This document shows, piece after piece, positions 27,000 through 39,023 of a DNA stretch of 64,000 nt. The position numbers and the translations under genes are program-made. The notes beneath the pieces were generated by a model. It was not told the DNA's origin. It saw only the letters and a list, made by a program, of their open reading frames with translations, and searched no databases. The DNA comes from Balanoglossus misakiensis (Eukaryota; Animalia; Hemichordata), in the NCBI GenBank assembly GCA_040954595.2, contig CM082592.2, forward strand, positions 1,612,001 to 1,676,000, given 5' to 3'. Each line of letters begins with the position of its first letter. The stretch's first letter is position 1.

Positions 27000-27600
27000 A
27001 ATAAATGATTCATCATTCTCACAAATAAATTCTCAAAATAATTAAATTCTCACAATATAGTTCAATAGCAAGTTCTCTGACGCGAACAGGGAAACAGTTC
27101 ACTCTAGTATAATCCATCAAATTCTGGTTTGGAAGTGATGGTCAATGTTATTTTTGAAATCGTTGACATCCTTAGATAGCACAACATAGTCCGGTAATGA
27201 GTTCCATTCTTTAACAATGCGAACAGGGAAACAGTTCTTTCTTATGTCCAATCTAGCAAAGCTCTGGTGTAGTTTGGCAGTGTGACCTCTTGTAGGTGCA
27301 TATAAACATCTCAGTAATGACAAATTGCAGCTATCAATGTTATTGATAATCTTATACACCTGCAACATATCTCCATGAATCCGACGGGTTTCCAGTGTTG
27401 TTAAACGTAGAATATGCAACATTTCAGTGTATGGTTTATCCTGAAGTCCGTCTATGTATTTGGTAACTCTTTTTTGAACCTTTTCTAAAGCTATAATGTC
27501 TATCTGTAACCATGGTGACCAACCTTGTGAGGCGTATTCCAAGTGAGGTCTGATGAACTTTTTATACAAACGAAGAATGATGCCCTAATCCTGCGTAACG
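27000..27600 (-). mobile_element. CR1-clade LINE 3' fragment
   Basis: LYKKFIRPHLEYASQGWSPW...LEKVQKRVTK...TLETRRIHGDM...TRGH..KL...R.N.F..RIVKEWNSLP. Confidence 0.85.
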
Positions 27601-27796
27601 AACCTACTAGACTTTCTTGATGAGGTCACAACATATACAGATGAAGGATTCCCTATTGATGTTGATGTGTTGATATATCAATTTTTGGGTCACATTATGT
27701 CATAATTACCCAAGCAAAGTATACATTTTCTGAAAGGTCATTAATCAGGAAACACATTGACTATCACACAAATTAGCTACAATGTATGAATTTTAT

Positions 27797-28330
27797 TAAT
27801 GGCCTCATTATATATTCAAAATGGCTGCCGATGGTTTCCTCACTCAACCAAATTTCATTATTTCAGACTGCATATCAATATCAAAAATGATGAACATGGA
27901 CAAATTTCAATCACAACATGTTCACAAATACTTTGGATAACCAATGCCACAATAAAGTGGCAAAATATCACAATAATAAAAGTAAAAATTCATTTACACT
28001 CTACATACTCTACTAGTTCTTCAATGCAAATCCCAATTACCACATGTGATGTCATACACCTGAATTTAGAGAGGCTGGCTCTTATAAACAGGTAGTCCAC
28101 AAACATTTATGAAAAGTACATAAATCAACATCAACAATTTGTACTAAAATTTGCATATAAAATGTAACAATTTGTTAAATGGCCTCATTATATATTCAAA
28201 ATGGTTGCCGATGGTTTCCTCACTCAACCAAATTTCATTATTTCCGGCTGCATATCAATATAAAAAATGATGAACATGGACAAATTTCAATCACAACATG
28301 TTCAAAAATACTTTGGATAACCAATGCCAC
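27797..28330. repeat. Direct duplication of ~155 bp spaced ~380 bp apart
   Basis: aatggcctcattatatattcaaaatgg...ctttggataaccaatgccaca at ~27798 and ~28178. Confidence 0.85.
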
Positions 28331-28378
28331 AGTAAACTGACAAAGTGTCAACATTTCTTACTAAAGAACAAATTGTTC

Positions 28379-29020
28379 TCGCCACCTCCAGTCACATTAC
28401 AATTATTGTCAACTGTCTCCAGTCAAGTTACACATCTCGCCACCTCCAGTCAAGTTACAATTATTGTCAACTGTCTCCAGTCGAGTTACATATCTCGCCA
28501 TCTCCAGTCACATTACAATTATTGTCAACTGTTTCCAGTCAAGTTACACATCTCGCCACCTCCAGTCACATTACAATTATTGTCAACTGTCTCCAGTCGA
28601 GTTACACATCTCGCCATCTCCAGTCACATTACAATTATTGTCAACTGTCTCCAGTCGAGTTACACATCTCGCCATCTCCAGTCACATTACAATTATTGTC
28701 AACTGTCTCCAGTAAAGTTACGAAGCTCGCAATCTCCAGTCACATTACAATTATTGTCAACTGTCTCCAGTCAAGTTACACATCTCGCCACCTCCAGTCA
28801 AGTTACAATTATTGTCAACTATCTCCAGTCGAGTTACATATCTCGCCACCTCCAGTCACATTACAATTATTGTCAACTGTCTCCAGTCGAGTTACATATC
28901 TCGCCATCTCCAGTCACATTACAATTATTGTCAACTGTCTCCAGTCAAGTTACACATCTCGCCATCTCCAGTCACATTACAATTGTCAACTCTCCAGTCC
29001 AGTTACACATCTCGCCAACC
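28379..29020. repeat. 58-bp minisatellite, ~11 copies
   Basis: Unit tcgccacctccagtcacattacaattattgtcaactgtctccagtcaagttacacatc at 28379, 28437 and onward. It explains the repetitive ORFs at 28298-29153. Confidence 0.95.
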
Positions 29021-29149
29021 GTCCTCATTCAATTTACACCTGTCAATTTTCAAGTTACACATCTCCCCAGTACTCCACCAGAGAATGATATTTTTTGTAG
29101 CATTCACCTTTGATGCAAAGGTGAACTTTACAGTCTTTGCAATAGAAGT

Positions 29150-30790
29150 TTGATCGTCGGAATAGGGTTTCGCTGGCCGATCAGATACAGGTAAGTGTCC
29201 GAAATCACGCTTATACTGGCGGTTGACCTTCTCAGCACATAAACGACAGGTTGTGTTGGACTCATGATACACAGGTACATGTAGGTGTCGACCGACATCA
29301 ATTAGACGAGATGATGGATTCGCTGTGGGTCTCCCTACATGGGTATTTGGACGTCAATTGCCAATGAGCTGCAGCACAAGATCTTTGCGGAATTTCAGGT
29401 GAGTACGCGGTTCCTTGTTTGGAACTACAGGTGGACGGAAGAAATCTTCCAGCACAATGCAGTTTGCAATTATGGTCTCAACTTCATGCAAGAAAAGTCT
29501 ACGATAATTACGGAAAGTCTTTCTGACACTACGATAGTACCCAACATTCTGATCAAAGAGATCAACCCCTCCCATGAATTGATTGTAATCATTCAATAAT
29601 GGAGGGCAGGGAACATTGATAACCCCAGCTGATGACCGCCGTGACACTGTAGGGATCTCTGCAACAGCTGAGGGAGGATGGACAGGTGAGTGGATTGTCG
29701 ACAGGAAATACACTGCCTTGTTATCAAACCATGACACAAAACAGGCCCGCTCATCCTCCATGCAGTTTCACCGCGGGTCAGATGATGCAGTTCATGATTT
29801 GTCCAGATCAGATCTGTCTCTTTGATGTATTTACGGTTTGTACGCACAGTACCACAGGTATATGTATTTACATCATACAGTTTTATGCAGAGAGGCACAG
29901 ATGTGTAGTAGTTGTCAGTAAACAACCATTGTCCTTTGTTTTCATAGCCTTGCATTAGTTTTGTCACGATAGCTTCAGAAGCTGACTGTCCGACAATGAC
30001 ATTTTCATTATCATCACATTTACCAAGATATACAAGAGATTTCAATACATATCCTGATTTACTTTCAGCGAGAATCCATTTCTTTATTCCATACCTGGTT
30101 GGTTTATTTTTGATGAACTGCTTGTAGGCCAGCCTACCTTTGCAAGGCACCATGCATTCATCAATACTTAGTTCACGAGCAGGCTTATAAAGTTCTTCAT
30201 ACTTGGGAACAACCATGTTCAGAAAACGTCTCACCTGGAACCGTTTATCAGTACCACCAGTGTTTTGTTCATCATCATTTGACATGTGCAAATAACGATA
30301 TATTTGTAGAAACCGGTTGCGTTTCATAGCAACAGAAAAGTTTGTTTCCAGAACAAAACAATCCAGCTTCCAATACATTTTCAATGATGGCAATCGCAAA
30401 ATGCCAGTAGCTAACAGAAGTCCAAAAAAGGCTTTCATTTGTGGCCTGGTTACTTCACTCCAAGAACCTTTTGCACCTGCTTGGATTTTTTTCTGCGCGT
30501 TGCGATTGGTTTCCGTGACAAGTAAGTTCCAAACTTCGTCCGTAAAAAAAATCTCAAAGTATTCAATAGCCTCATTATGCTCTGTCATATTGAAAGTTGG
30601 GCAGCAATTATTATGATCAAACTCACGTATGTCCCGTTCATTCTCAGTATCTGACCACACAATGTCGAGGTTGTTTCTTTCATTCATTCATAGTTTGGGG
30701 ATTGCCCGCACTCCCACGCCCACGTCCACCAGATCGACCAGGCCGCTGTTGTCGCTGACCCCGTGAAGTCCCGCGACTACGCGATCTACC
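29150..30790 (-). pseudogene. piggyBac (PGBD4-like) transposase, frameshifted and 5'-truncated
   Basis: LSIDECM, FTDNYYTS, CGTVRTNR, W.DNKAVYFLST, YNQFMGGVDLFDQ, and a Cys-rich tail (TTCRLC). Frameshift near 29750. Candidate 3' TIR TTAA|CCCTTTCAGGCC at 26729-26745. Confidence 0.9.
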
Positions 30791-30824
30791 CCTAGGTTGT
30801 CACTACATACCTATAATTACGACC

Positions 30825-33800
30825 ATCTTTCCAAATCCCTCCACTGAGGATAAAGCACAACTGCTGCAGTCTGCCAAAGGATAGTGCAAGGTCCCTTGAT
30901 GGATGGTGATGGTTGGAGAATATGTATATTAGTCTGACAAGACCCATAAATGTCTCACACCTGTATTTGTGAAACAAATTAGAGTTAAAAAGATGACTTC
31001 ATTTATTAAATCATAGGAACCATAACTAACACTTCTTCCCAGTAATAGTGCTGTATCAAGGATAATCCCTTACGCCAATTTGGCACAGTGTCACTAGAAC
31101 AATTGATAGTAGGTATGAAATAAATACAAATTTTGGTAATTGTATAGAAGTTTACCGACATCACACGTTATTATTACACCTTACACTGTATTACGTACTC
31201 TTGATTAATGAGACCGTATCATGTGACATAGAAAAAACAACAATGTGATATTACATGGCTGGCAGAGTCTATGGCCCTATGTAGGGGATACGGCGCACAG
31301 AATGTGGATGTGGACCACTGGGAACAGTTTTTAGGTTCTGCGCATCAACAGCACAATATCAGTTGTCCAATATTATCTGAGTTTAAAGTAGGCCTACAGC
31401 TACAGTTCTCTAGAGATCGAGACTTTTACTGCATGCAACGACACGGGACGCTACCCGAATGCTGTTTATACATGTACATGTGTCTACTGTACCTTTCAGT
31501 GTCATAACAGTCGCATGGTCCAAACATATGAAGATCTTCAACAAGGTGTGATAACATGTGTATCTTTGGTCAACAGAGAACTGACAGTTGCTTTAAGTTC
31601 CAGCATCTGACTGATTGTATTTGTCAGAGTGAACAATGGTAAAAACCTAGAAAGAAGAGAAACAGTAACCTTATTATAAACATACTATTACAAAAACCTG
31701 TCGAATCAGGAGAATCCAAGTTGTCAAATCAGGAGAATCCATAAACCGAATTTATCCTGAAATATTTTTTTTTGTCCAAAGAATGAATGGTATGTGACCA
31801 TTGTGTAACAATTTATCAATTGATATCTTGTTCATAAAACAAATGTCTTATGAAAAACCATGTCATGCAGTGTGACATTATATAGTTTATATACGTGAAA
31901 ATGATGACATTGTAAGAGATACCTTGCTTATCAAATGCCATATGTTTAGTTGTTCCCTTGGAATGGATTCAGCTAATACAAAAGGTGCAACTTGGGCAAA
32001 AACTTTGAAGTCCCTGCCTAAAAATGACTTGTGCTTTTCGATAAAGGATGGGGACAGTCTTCTTCTGTATGCACTCCAATCGAAAGCCTGTAAGTTAAAG
32101 ATGATATAATTGAGGTTGGGTGACCCAAGCTATCATGAAACATATTACATGTATCACATACATCCCTTTATATTTACAAATCAATTACACTAGTTAGAAG
32201 AATTTTTTTTATCCTGAAGTGCAACTGACGAGAAGTTGCTTGCATGTTCACAATCAGCCGTATACTAAATACAAACTGAAATAGATCAAGACTAAAATTT
32301 TACATGTATCTCTTTGAAAATATGACACAGATCATCCTTAAAACAAACTCAAAAGCTTGATAAAAATTAATCAAATTGACTATGTAAATTCTATTTGAAC
32401 AGTCTATTGGAAAGAAAGCCTAGCAATAAAAGAAGCTTTTTATTAAATGTTATAAGAAAAGTACCCTCAATTTAAAAACGGACATCTTCACAGTTTTGTA
32501 ATGAAGGGAATTATGTTAAAATCTCTGAAGATGACAATACATTTGTATTTGATAAATATGGTGAAATGTTTCCATGTGACAAGTTTAAACACTACCTCAA
32601 GTTTAGCTGCTGCAGTATCTTTTCCATTTTGAGACATGTTGGAAACTGTTAGCTGTGTGACAACTTTCACCAAACCAAGTTTGATGCTGTGAAATCTCTC
32701 ATATAGATCTGAAATGCAAAAACACAAGCAATGAAGTGACACATTTAACATATCATCACCGACGACATTCTACAACCAAAATTCCATCACCACAGCTAAC
32801 TCTAACTTACAACATGGACAGTGAATTTCAAGTTTTCACAGTGGATAAATAGGTTTAGTGATACATAGATATACATACAGTATATTATACAAAGACTGGA
32901 CAAATTCCAAAGCTACTAATTAAATACTCCAGTATACTGACAAGTCATTTCAGAGATGATGATTTTTGCTCAAAAACAGACGCATTACCCCAACACTCCA
33001 AATACATAAATTTCATAAAAATTTGAGCTAAATCCAAAACTTCATTGCATACATACCTTGCATTGTCAAAAGAATCAAGATTCATCATCGGATTTTCTAC
33101 CTCCGTTACTCCATACTCCGATCTGATAGTCTTCTTTGCACTGTCAAATAATGCACCTGTGATAATGTAAACTGGCGGAAAAAGTCTGAAAGACATTACT
33201 TTCTTTAAATTTGTACCAATTCAGACAACAACGCTGTTATCCAAGATCTAGGGATTATAGACATTTCTTTTCAAATCAGCTGTAGCTTTTTTTTATATCT
33301 GTTACTCAATTATGTTTTTAACTGCTGAAAGCAAATTAAATTCTACCAGGTGCAAGGTTCTGTTCACTTTAGTACACCGTGACATAAATTAATTGAATAA
33401 TTTTTGTCAGTCAATACTTTCAGCTGTAGTTTATATTGAGTAGTCTGTACTACAAACCTCTCAGTTTCAACCTCTTTCATTTTTTCAATAGCTTCTTTGA
33501 CATACATTTTACTTCTAACATCACCTACAGTAGTGACATCACCATCAACTCGTGAGATCTGGTAAAAAAAATTGTGAATTGGGACAAACCATGTAACCAA
33601 CAATAGTATACTCAAATAAGAATACTGCTGAGACAGTAAGTCACTCCCACGTACCTTAGACCTGTATCTATACGCAGAATTGAATTCTTATACATGTATT
33701 TATGCTAATCAAAAAATACAGAATCCACTTACAGTGCACTTTTGACAGAACTTGACTGCACATGATCCAAGGTGGCTGACTACATCAGACTGTCTCTCGT

Positions 33801-34030
33801 TGTCTGCTTTCACTAGGAAGACAGGGCTGACAACCAGTACTTCTTCCTCTAGGGATGCATCATACATGACAACTCCTGAGCTTTCTAGGACCTTTAGTTC
33901 AGCAACAAGAGGCGTTGAAAGCTTAAGAGCACTGACACTGTTTGATGCATTCAGAAAGTGGATGTTCTGCAGCTCATTATTTTCTTTCTGTGGTAATCCC
34001 CCTAACATCAGGCACCATACACTGAAAGCA
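30825..34030 (-). pseudogene. Spliced CACTA/EnSpm-Plavaka-like (CMC) transposase, C-terminal exons
   Basis: Exon peptides: VWCLMLGGLP..EN..LQNIHFL..SN...ADNERQS..SHLG..AVKFCQKC (33732-34030); YGVTEVENP; FHSIKLGLVK; SFLGRDFKVFAQVAPF (~31925-32090); PKIHMLSHLVEDLHMFGP...YDTER (~31492-31645); CETFMGLVRLIYIFSNHHHPSRDLA..F...LSGG (~30825-30960). Confidence 0.75.
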
Positions 34031-34071
34031 GTGGTTTTCATGTAACACATGACTTTGGAGATCATTGGTAT

Positions 34072-34566
34072 ATGACATGTCCTGTAGATGCAAAAGATGT
34101 TCCAAACAGTAAAATTGAAGGAATAGTTCGTCATCCATGGCAACCACAACACGTCAGAACAGTGAAACTAACTCCAGTCAGTGATGATAATATGGGAAAT
34201 GAACTTGAAGGATACAGAAAAGCATACCGTGGAGTATGGAGTCAACAATTTGAACAGACTGTTATGAAAAGAGGAGTCATACCTCGTATTGCATTCAGAG
34301 CAGTACAACCTTACCACAAACGTTCCAGAGCTTACACATATAGGATCAATCTTGTAGTTGAAAATACGTTTGAATTCTGCGGGCGGAATCAACGTAGAGG
34401 AATTAATCATACTTTGTATGATTACAACGCACATACCAGCAAATTTAATCATCCTATGGTACAAATTGCAGGTCCTGTAGATTGGACAAATCTGGATGTA
34501 CAGTACGAAAGTGGAAAGATTGTGAGAAATGGTGATCTGGATCGTTCAACATCTAATCTGACTTAA
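34072..34566 (+). CDS. Probable C-terminal part of the viral capsid (VP) gene; the frame is open upstream to the junction at ~34030
   Basis: Converges on the NS genes, with AATAAA at 34585 and 34618. Beta-strand-like IPRIAFRAVQP...YTYRINLVVENTFEF. Capsid identity is inferred from position. Confidence 0.5.
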   Translation: MTCPVDAKDVPNSKIEGIVRHPWQPQHVRTVKLTPVSDDNMGNELEGYRKAYRGVWSQQFEQTVMKRGVIPRIAFRAVQPYHKRSRAYTYRINLVVENTFEFCGRNQRRGINHTLYDYNAHTSKFNHPMVQIAGPVDWTNLDVQYESGKIVRNGDLDRSTSNLT

Positions 34567-34687
34567 AACATAATACGATCATTCAATAAATGCAATGTGC
34601 ACAATTGTCAAGTCAACAATAAAATACTGTTTAATCTTACAAATACCTATTGTACAGAGTCGTTGTTTTACACCTTATCATGTCTGT

Positions 34688-35071
34688 TTAAAAGTGTCCA
34701 CTATCTGAGCCCCACTCCTCTATGAATGTACGTTCTGAATCCGCCAGCAGATCCATCACATTCTGCACATCATCTTTTTCTTTCTGTGTCAAAAAACTCA
34801 TCAGTTCTCTGTCGTCGTCTTTTTCTTCGTCTATATCCAAGTCAGCCATTCCATGATAAGCCCAATGGCAATCCAAATTTCCCAGTTGATTTTGAGGTTC
34901 AACATCAGGATCTAATATTTCACTACAGGATAATTCATGCTCAGGTCCTGTACGAGGTACTGTATCTGTCATCTTGATCTTTTTTGAAGCCGATCCTTGA
35001 CCTACTATGGCATCGAGTTCTCGTTTGGCTACTACTTCAGGTGGACTGGGTGATCCTCTATTTTTTGCCAT
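34688..35071 (-). CDS. Small viral non-structural ORF (127 aa), overlapping the NS1 stop
   Basis: ATG-initiated, with a basic KKIK segment and an acidic DLDIDEEKDDD tract. Followed by minus-strand ATTAAA at ~34630-34635. Confidence 0.6.
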   Translation of the reverse strand: MAKNRGSPSPPEVVAKRELDAIVGQGSASKKIKMTDTVPRTGPEHELSCSEILDPDVEPQNQLGNLDCHWAYHGMADLDIDEEKDDDRELMSFLTQKEKDDVQNVMDLLADSERTFIEEWGSDSGHF

Positions 35072-36878
35072 TCTAACAATACTTCTGCATATCCTGGTTG
35101 TAAGAACTCAAGACCAGCATCTTCAATGGCTTGCATGATAGCATCAGTAGGTACATAAGGAGAAGAAGGCTCAGATAGTGGTTTAACCCCAGATTCAGTA
35201 CTACTTCCAGATGATAATTCAATTACGTCACCAGAAGAGAAAGCACCGGAAGTGACGCCAGAATCTACTTTCGATTCTGGTTCTGGGATAGGTTGATTTT
35301 CAGGTGTGGGATCAAACATGAGCTGCGCATCTTGCCAGTTATCAGTAACAGATGGACTAAGAGGATACAGACTCATTGCATCTAATATTACTTGATTTTT
35401 GATCATATCCTCTTTATTTCTGACCAGTTTCCAATCACCATCACTTACTCGCATAAATACTTCATATGCGTCTACTAACCATAATGGATGATTTTGCATC
35501 ATATCCATATCAGTATCCATTTTGACCAAGTGCGTGAATGTATACATTCGATTTTTGACTGCTCTTGCTTGTTCGGCTGTAGCGATGAATTTCCAAGGCA
35601 TTTCATTGGAAGTCATGATAATTGGAATTCTGGTCAGATTGTAGTTTGTACTCATTTTACGAGTTACAGACAGTGAGGTTCCCTCTAACAATTTGAGGTA
35701 ATCCTCTAATAATTCCTGTGGAATCCTGCATTCATCTAGGATAGCCAAATCACAACCAATGAGTGACTGAAAATGGAAGTTCATACTAGAAGTAGTATTT
35801 ATTCCATAGTTTGGGTAGATGCATCTTAGCATATTTACAAACATGGTTTTGCCTGCGTTTGATTGACCATGTAACAGTAGCCCATTAATTTTAGGCTTAC
35901 ATTTACTAATAAATAATGCATGTAATAGATATTCAACAGCATCACCCTGTATTTTGAACCAATCACTCATTTGTTGATATGTTGTTCGCATGTCTGCGCA
36001 TGCGCGGCCATTGAATAAATAAGGTGTTTCTCTGTGACTTGACTGTTTGAATGTATTCATAATTTCACTCAGTGTCATGATTTGTCGATTGGCCTCATAT
36101 TCTGATGTAGCTAAATCCTCTATCACTTTATGTTTTGGATGACTTTTATATTCATACCAAGATTCTTTAACAATGGTACTGGATGGATTATCCATGGAAT
36201 ACTCGGTTGGAGTATTTGTTTCTCGTTTGGCATACTCGGCAATTCTACGACCAACTGACTGAGTAGTAACACAGTGATAATATGTCATCAAACTGACTGC
36301 ATAATTAACCATTTGAGGTACCCCTTTCCTTCCCTTATAATACGGATTAAAATGGGGTGGCTTGCCTTGTACTGATGCATTTGCAATATCTGTACTGTCA
36401 TTCGACTCATCTGGATTGTCTATGATAACTTTGTCCAATACTTGACTGTTAGAACCTTTCACATAACGCTTTACGTTTCTTCCAATTCGGATGTCTTCAT
36501 CTTGATCTAATCCAAGCTGTTTGTCATTTTCTATCAACTGTTCTGTAACTTTGACCAACTCGATGGCTGTAGCTCCTGTAGCTCCTATGTAGTCTCGTTT
36601 AATGGTATATTACACATACCTTCTTGATGTCATATCTTCTGAGACGTCACATTTCCTCTGGTTAATGCTGCAAGCATCTTAGCTTCATTCCAGAATTTTG
36701 TCTTAAGATAGTTTTCTTCCGATCCGTCATATCCCCATAGGATGTGGTAATGAAGCATAGGAGCTCCTGTATTACACTGTCCTAAATGAGCTGAGACAAT
36801 AAAATTATCGCCAGTCGCTCCGTCAGGGAGGTGAACCACTGTGATTGCTGCGGCGGCGTATTCCGGATGTGACGTCAT
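35032..36878 (-). pseudogene. NS1: Parvovirus-like NS1/Rep (HUH endonuclease plus SF3 helicase), ~615 aa reconstructed
   Basis: HUH motif LHYHILW (ORF 36630-36878). One TGA at 36630-36632 and a frameshift near 36609 before YTIKRDY. Walker A GQSNAGKT, Walker B ILDE, motif C IMTSN and Arg finger AVKNRM in ORF 35032-36558. Confidence 0.9.
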
Positions 36879-36937
36879 TTCTGCTTCTGCCGGAAGTCCA
36901 ATATTGCATGTAAAAATTTTCCCGCTCTTTTGAAACT

Positions 36938-37022
36938 AGTTCCGGGCATTACCATGGTTACGTAAGTAGTTCCGGGCATTACAATGGCAACCAAAAGTAG
37001 TTCCGGGCATCTCCATGGCGAC
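36938..37022. repeat. Three ~23-bp direct repeats upstream of NS1 (viral promoter/origin region)
   Basis: agttccgggcat(t/c)(a/t)c(c/a)atgg at 36938, 36968 and 36999, spaced 30-31 bp apart. Confidence 0.8.
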
Positions 37023-38927
37023 CGGCCGCTTCATCATGAGAAAGCTAAACGACAGTTGAGTCTTTTGTAACCTTCCATCCTACTACATCAGTGTTCATTG
37101 GTCCTTTGATGTCAAAGGTACTACAAGTTGATCATAGTCTATGATTACTCCTATACTCACTTTTTAATTTTCTTTTTTGTCATATGCTGATGATCTGATG
37201 AGGACACCTGCAAAAAGCAAAAAAAGGACTTAAGTGTCAGAAAATATTTACGGGAAAATGTTATGAGAATTTTATGTTTGTTCATTAAAGTATGTACAAA
37301 ATACTGACCACGATCACACACACCCAACTCAATCAGCAACTTTGTCACTGATCTCACATACAGAGCATACAATGATGGGGGTACCTGTTCTAATCCCCTA
37401 CCTAATCAATACATGTCACTAACACTTCATGTCAGCCACATATCAGCCTATGGAAAATTTATTAATATTCTGCATGTGCAATGTGTGTGTGTGTGTATGT
37501 GTGTGTACTACACTGAAATACCTGACCACTTGATTGTTTACAGCTTTATGCACAAATGCATTATTTAAAATATCTCAAATTCTAAAAATTTCCTCCGACT
37601 ACAGGAAATCAAACTTGCTACTGTTAGTGAAAGTGTCATTGATTAATAGCTATATTAATACATTAGAATCACATATTGTTTCACTAGACTAAGTATAAAA
37701 TTATGAGTTATAAACGTACCTCAAATCTAGACTTACAGATCCCGAATCAGATGAGTACACAGTATGGTAGCTGAAACTGCCACTCCCCTCAAACACTGGC
37801 ACGGTGTGTGAATCTTCTTCACTATCATATACCCTGTGAAGAATGTAGTTTTGAAGAGTAAACACTTTGGCTTCTCAAACAGATACTTGTACCAAACGAA
37901 GTTTGCTATCTAAAACAATTGTGACAGATTTTTTTTTTTTTTGGGGGGGGGGGTGGCAAAAAAGGAACCTACTTTTAAGCTATTGATGTGGTAACATTTG
38001 TGGGATATCAGTTAATTTGTCAGTAATGTAATACTGCATGGCAAACTGTTGAAGCACTTCAATTTATGTTTGATGACGAACATTTTGTTTTGCAGCCCTA
38101 CATTCATATTTTTTTAAAGAAATGACACAGACATGAAAATGGAATATGCAAGGTACTATAGCACTTTACCTTATAAATAAGATAATAAAAATAGATTAAA
38201 TAAAATATTAACCTTCAAGTTGTAATTTACAAGATATAATTTATAAACTTACAAACAAGCATTTCTGTATGAGCCAGCCTTCCACGCCCTGTCAACTGTG
38301 GACTAAAGATAAAAACTGAAGATTATGATAATGGCACAAACCTACTGTACATGGCGGAGAGCAAGGTGGCAATTTTAACCAATGTTTGGCGGGTGGGGTG
38401 GGTGGGGGGTTAAACTGTCATGAATAGAACTCCAAATAAAAGAATGCGACCCACTGCCCCATTGGTAACAAGCCTTGTTGTTTTGCTTTGTTCTGTACCG
38501 TAGTCTGGACGAGTTTGTGTATAGAATTATTATTCTTCATTTTGTGATGAGGGTTGAATGGTCTCTGTACTGTTTTATTGACTATTCAATTTGATTCTTG
38601 ACGAATTTTTTTGTTGTGCCATGTACTTTATTGGGTATTAAACCAATATCCAAATTGTGATAAGGGCCCAATAAAGTTAATGATGATTAAATAATAATAA
38701 TAAGAAGAAGAAGAAGAAATGGTACATGTGTCACTCATGCTTAGCTTTTCCTTTCCAATGCACTGCCATTCCTCATCATCTTTAAAAGAACCTCGTTTCC
38801 TAACACAAATTGAAGAATAAAGTCCATTTGATTTTGAAACTTCTTGTATACACCAACAGTAAGTAATGTCACAATAGGCAAGAGTATTCAATAAATCCCC
38901 CCATAGATTTACTAAAAGGTATCTTAC

Positions 38928-39023
38928 CTGATTGCCTGACAAATGAGGCAACATTCTGCTTTGGCATCATTGAGGAAAGTGCACTTCTTGCATGTCCACC
39001 CAGGGCAGTCATTTTCCTGGTTC
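38928..39023 (-). CDS. Exon encoding a RanBP2/NZF zinc finger
   Basis: AG|NQENDCPGWTCKKCTFLNDAKAECCLICQAIR|GT. 96 nt, symmetric phase, W-x-C-x2-C-x3-N-x6-C-x2-C. Confidence 0.75.

Larger units (their letters stand above)
34030..37030. mobile_element. Endogenous parvovirus/densovirus-like element (EVE), ambisense, capsid side truncated
   Basis: Intronless, coding-dense ~3 kb segment carrying an HUH+SF3 Rep on the minus strand, a small acidic ORF, a convergent plus-strand ORF with opposed polyA signals, and short terminal repeats. Confidence 0.85.

Noticed and set aside
28298-29153. Long repetitive ORFs (271, 247 aa)
   Set aside because: Artefacts of a stop-poor 58-bp minisatellite that is open in several frames.
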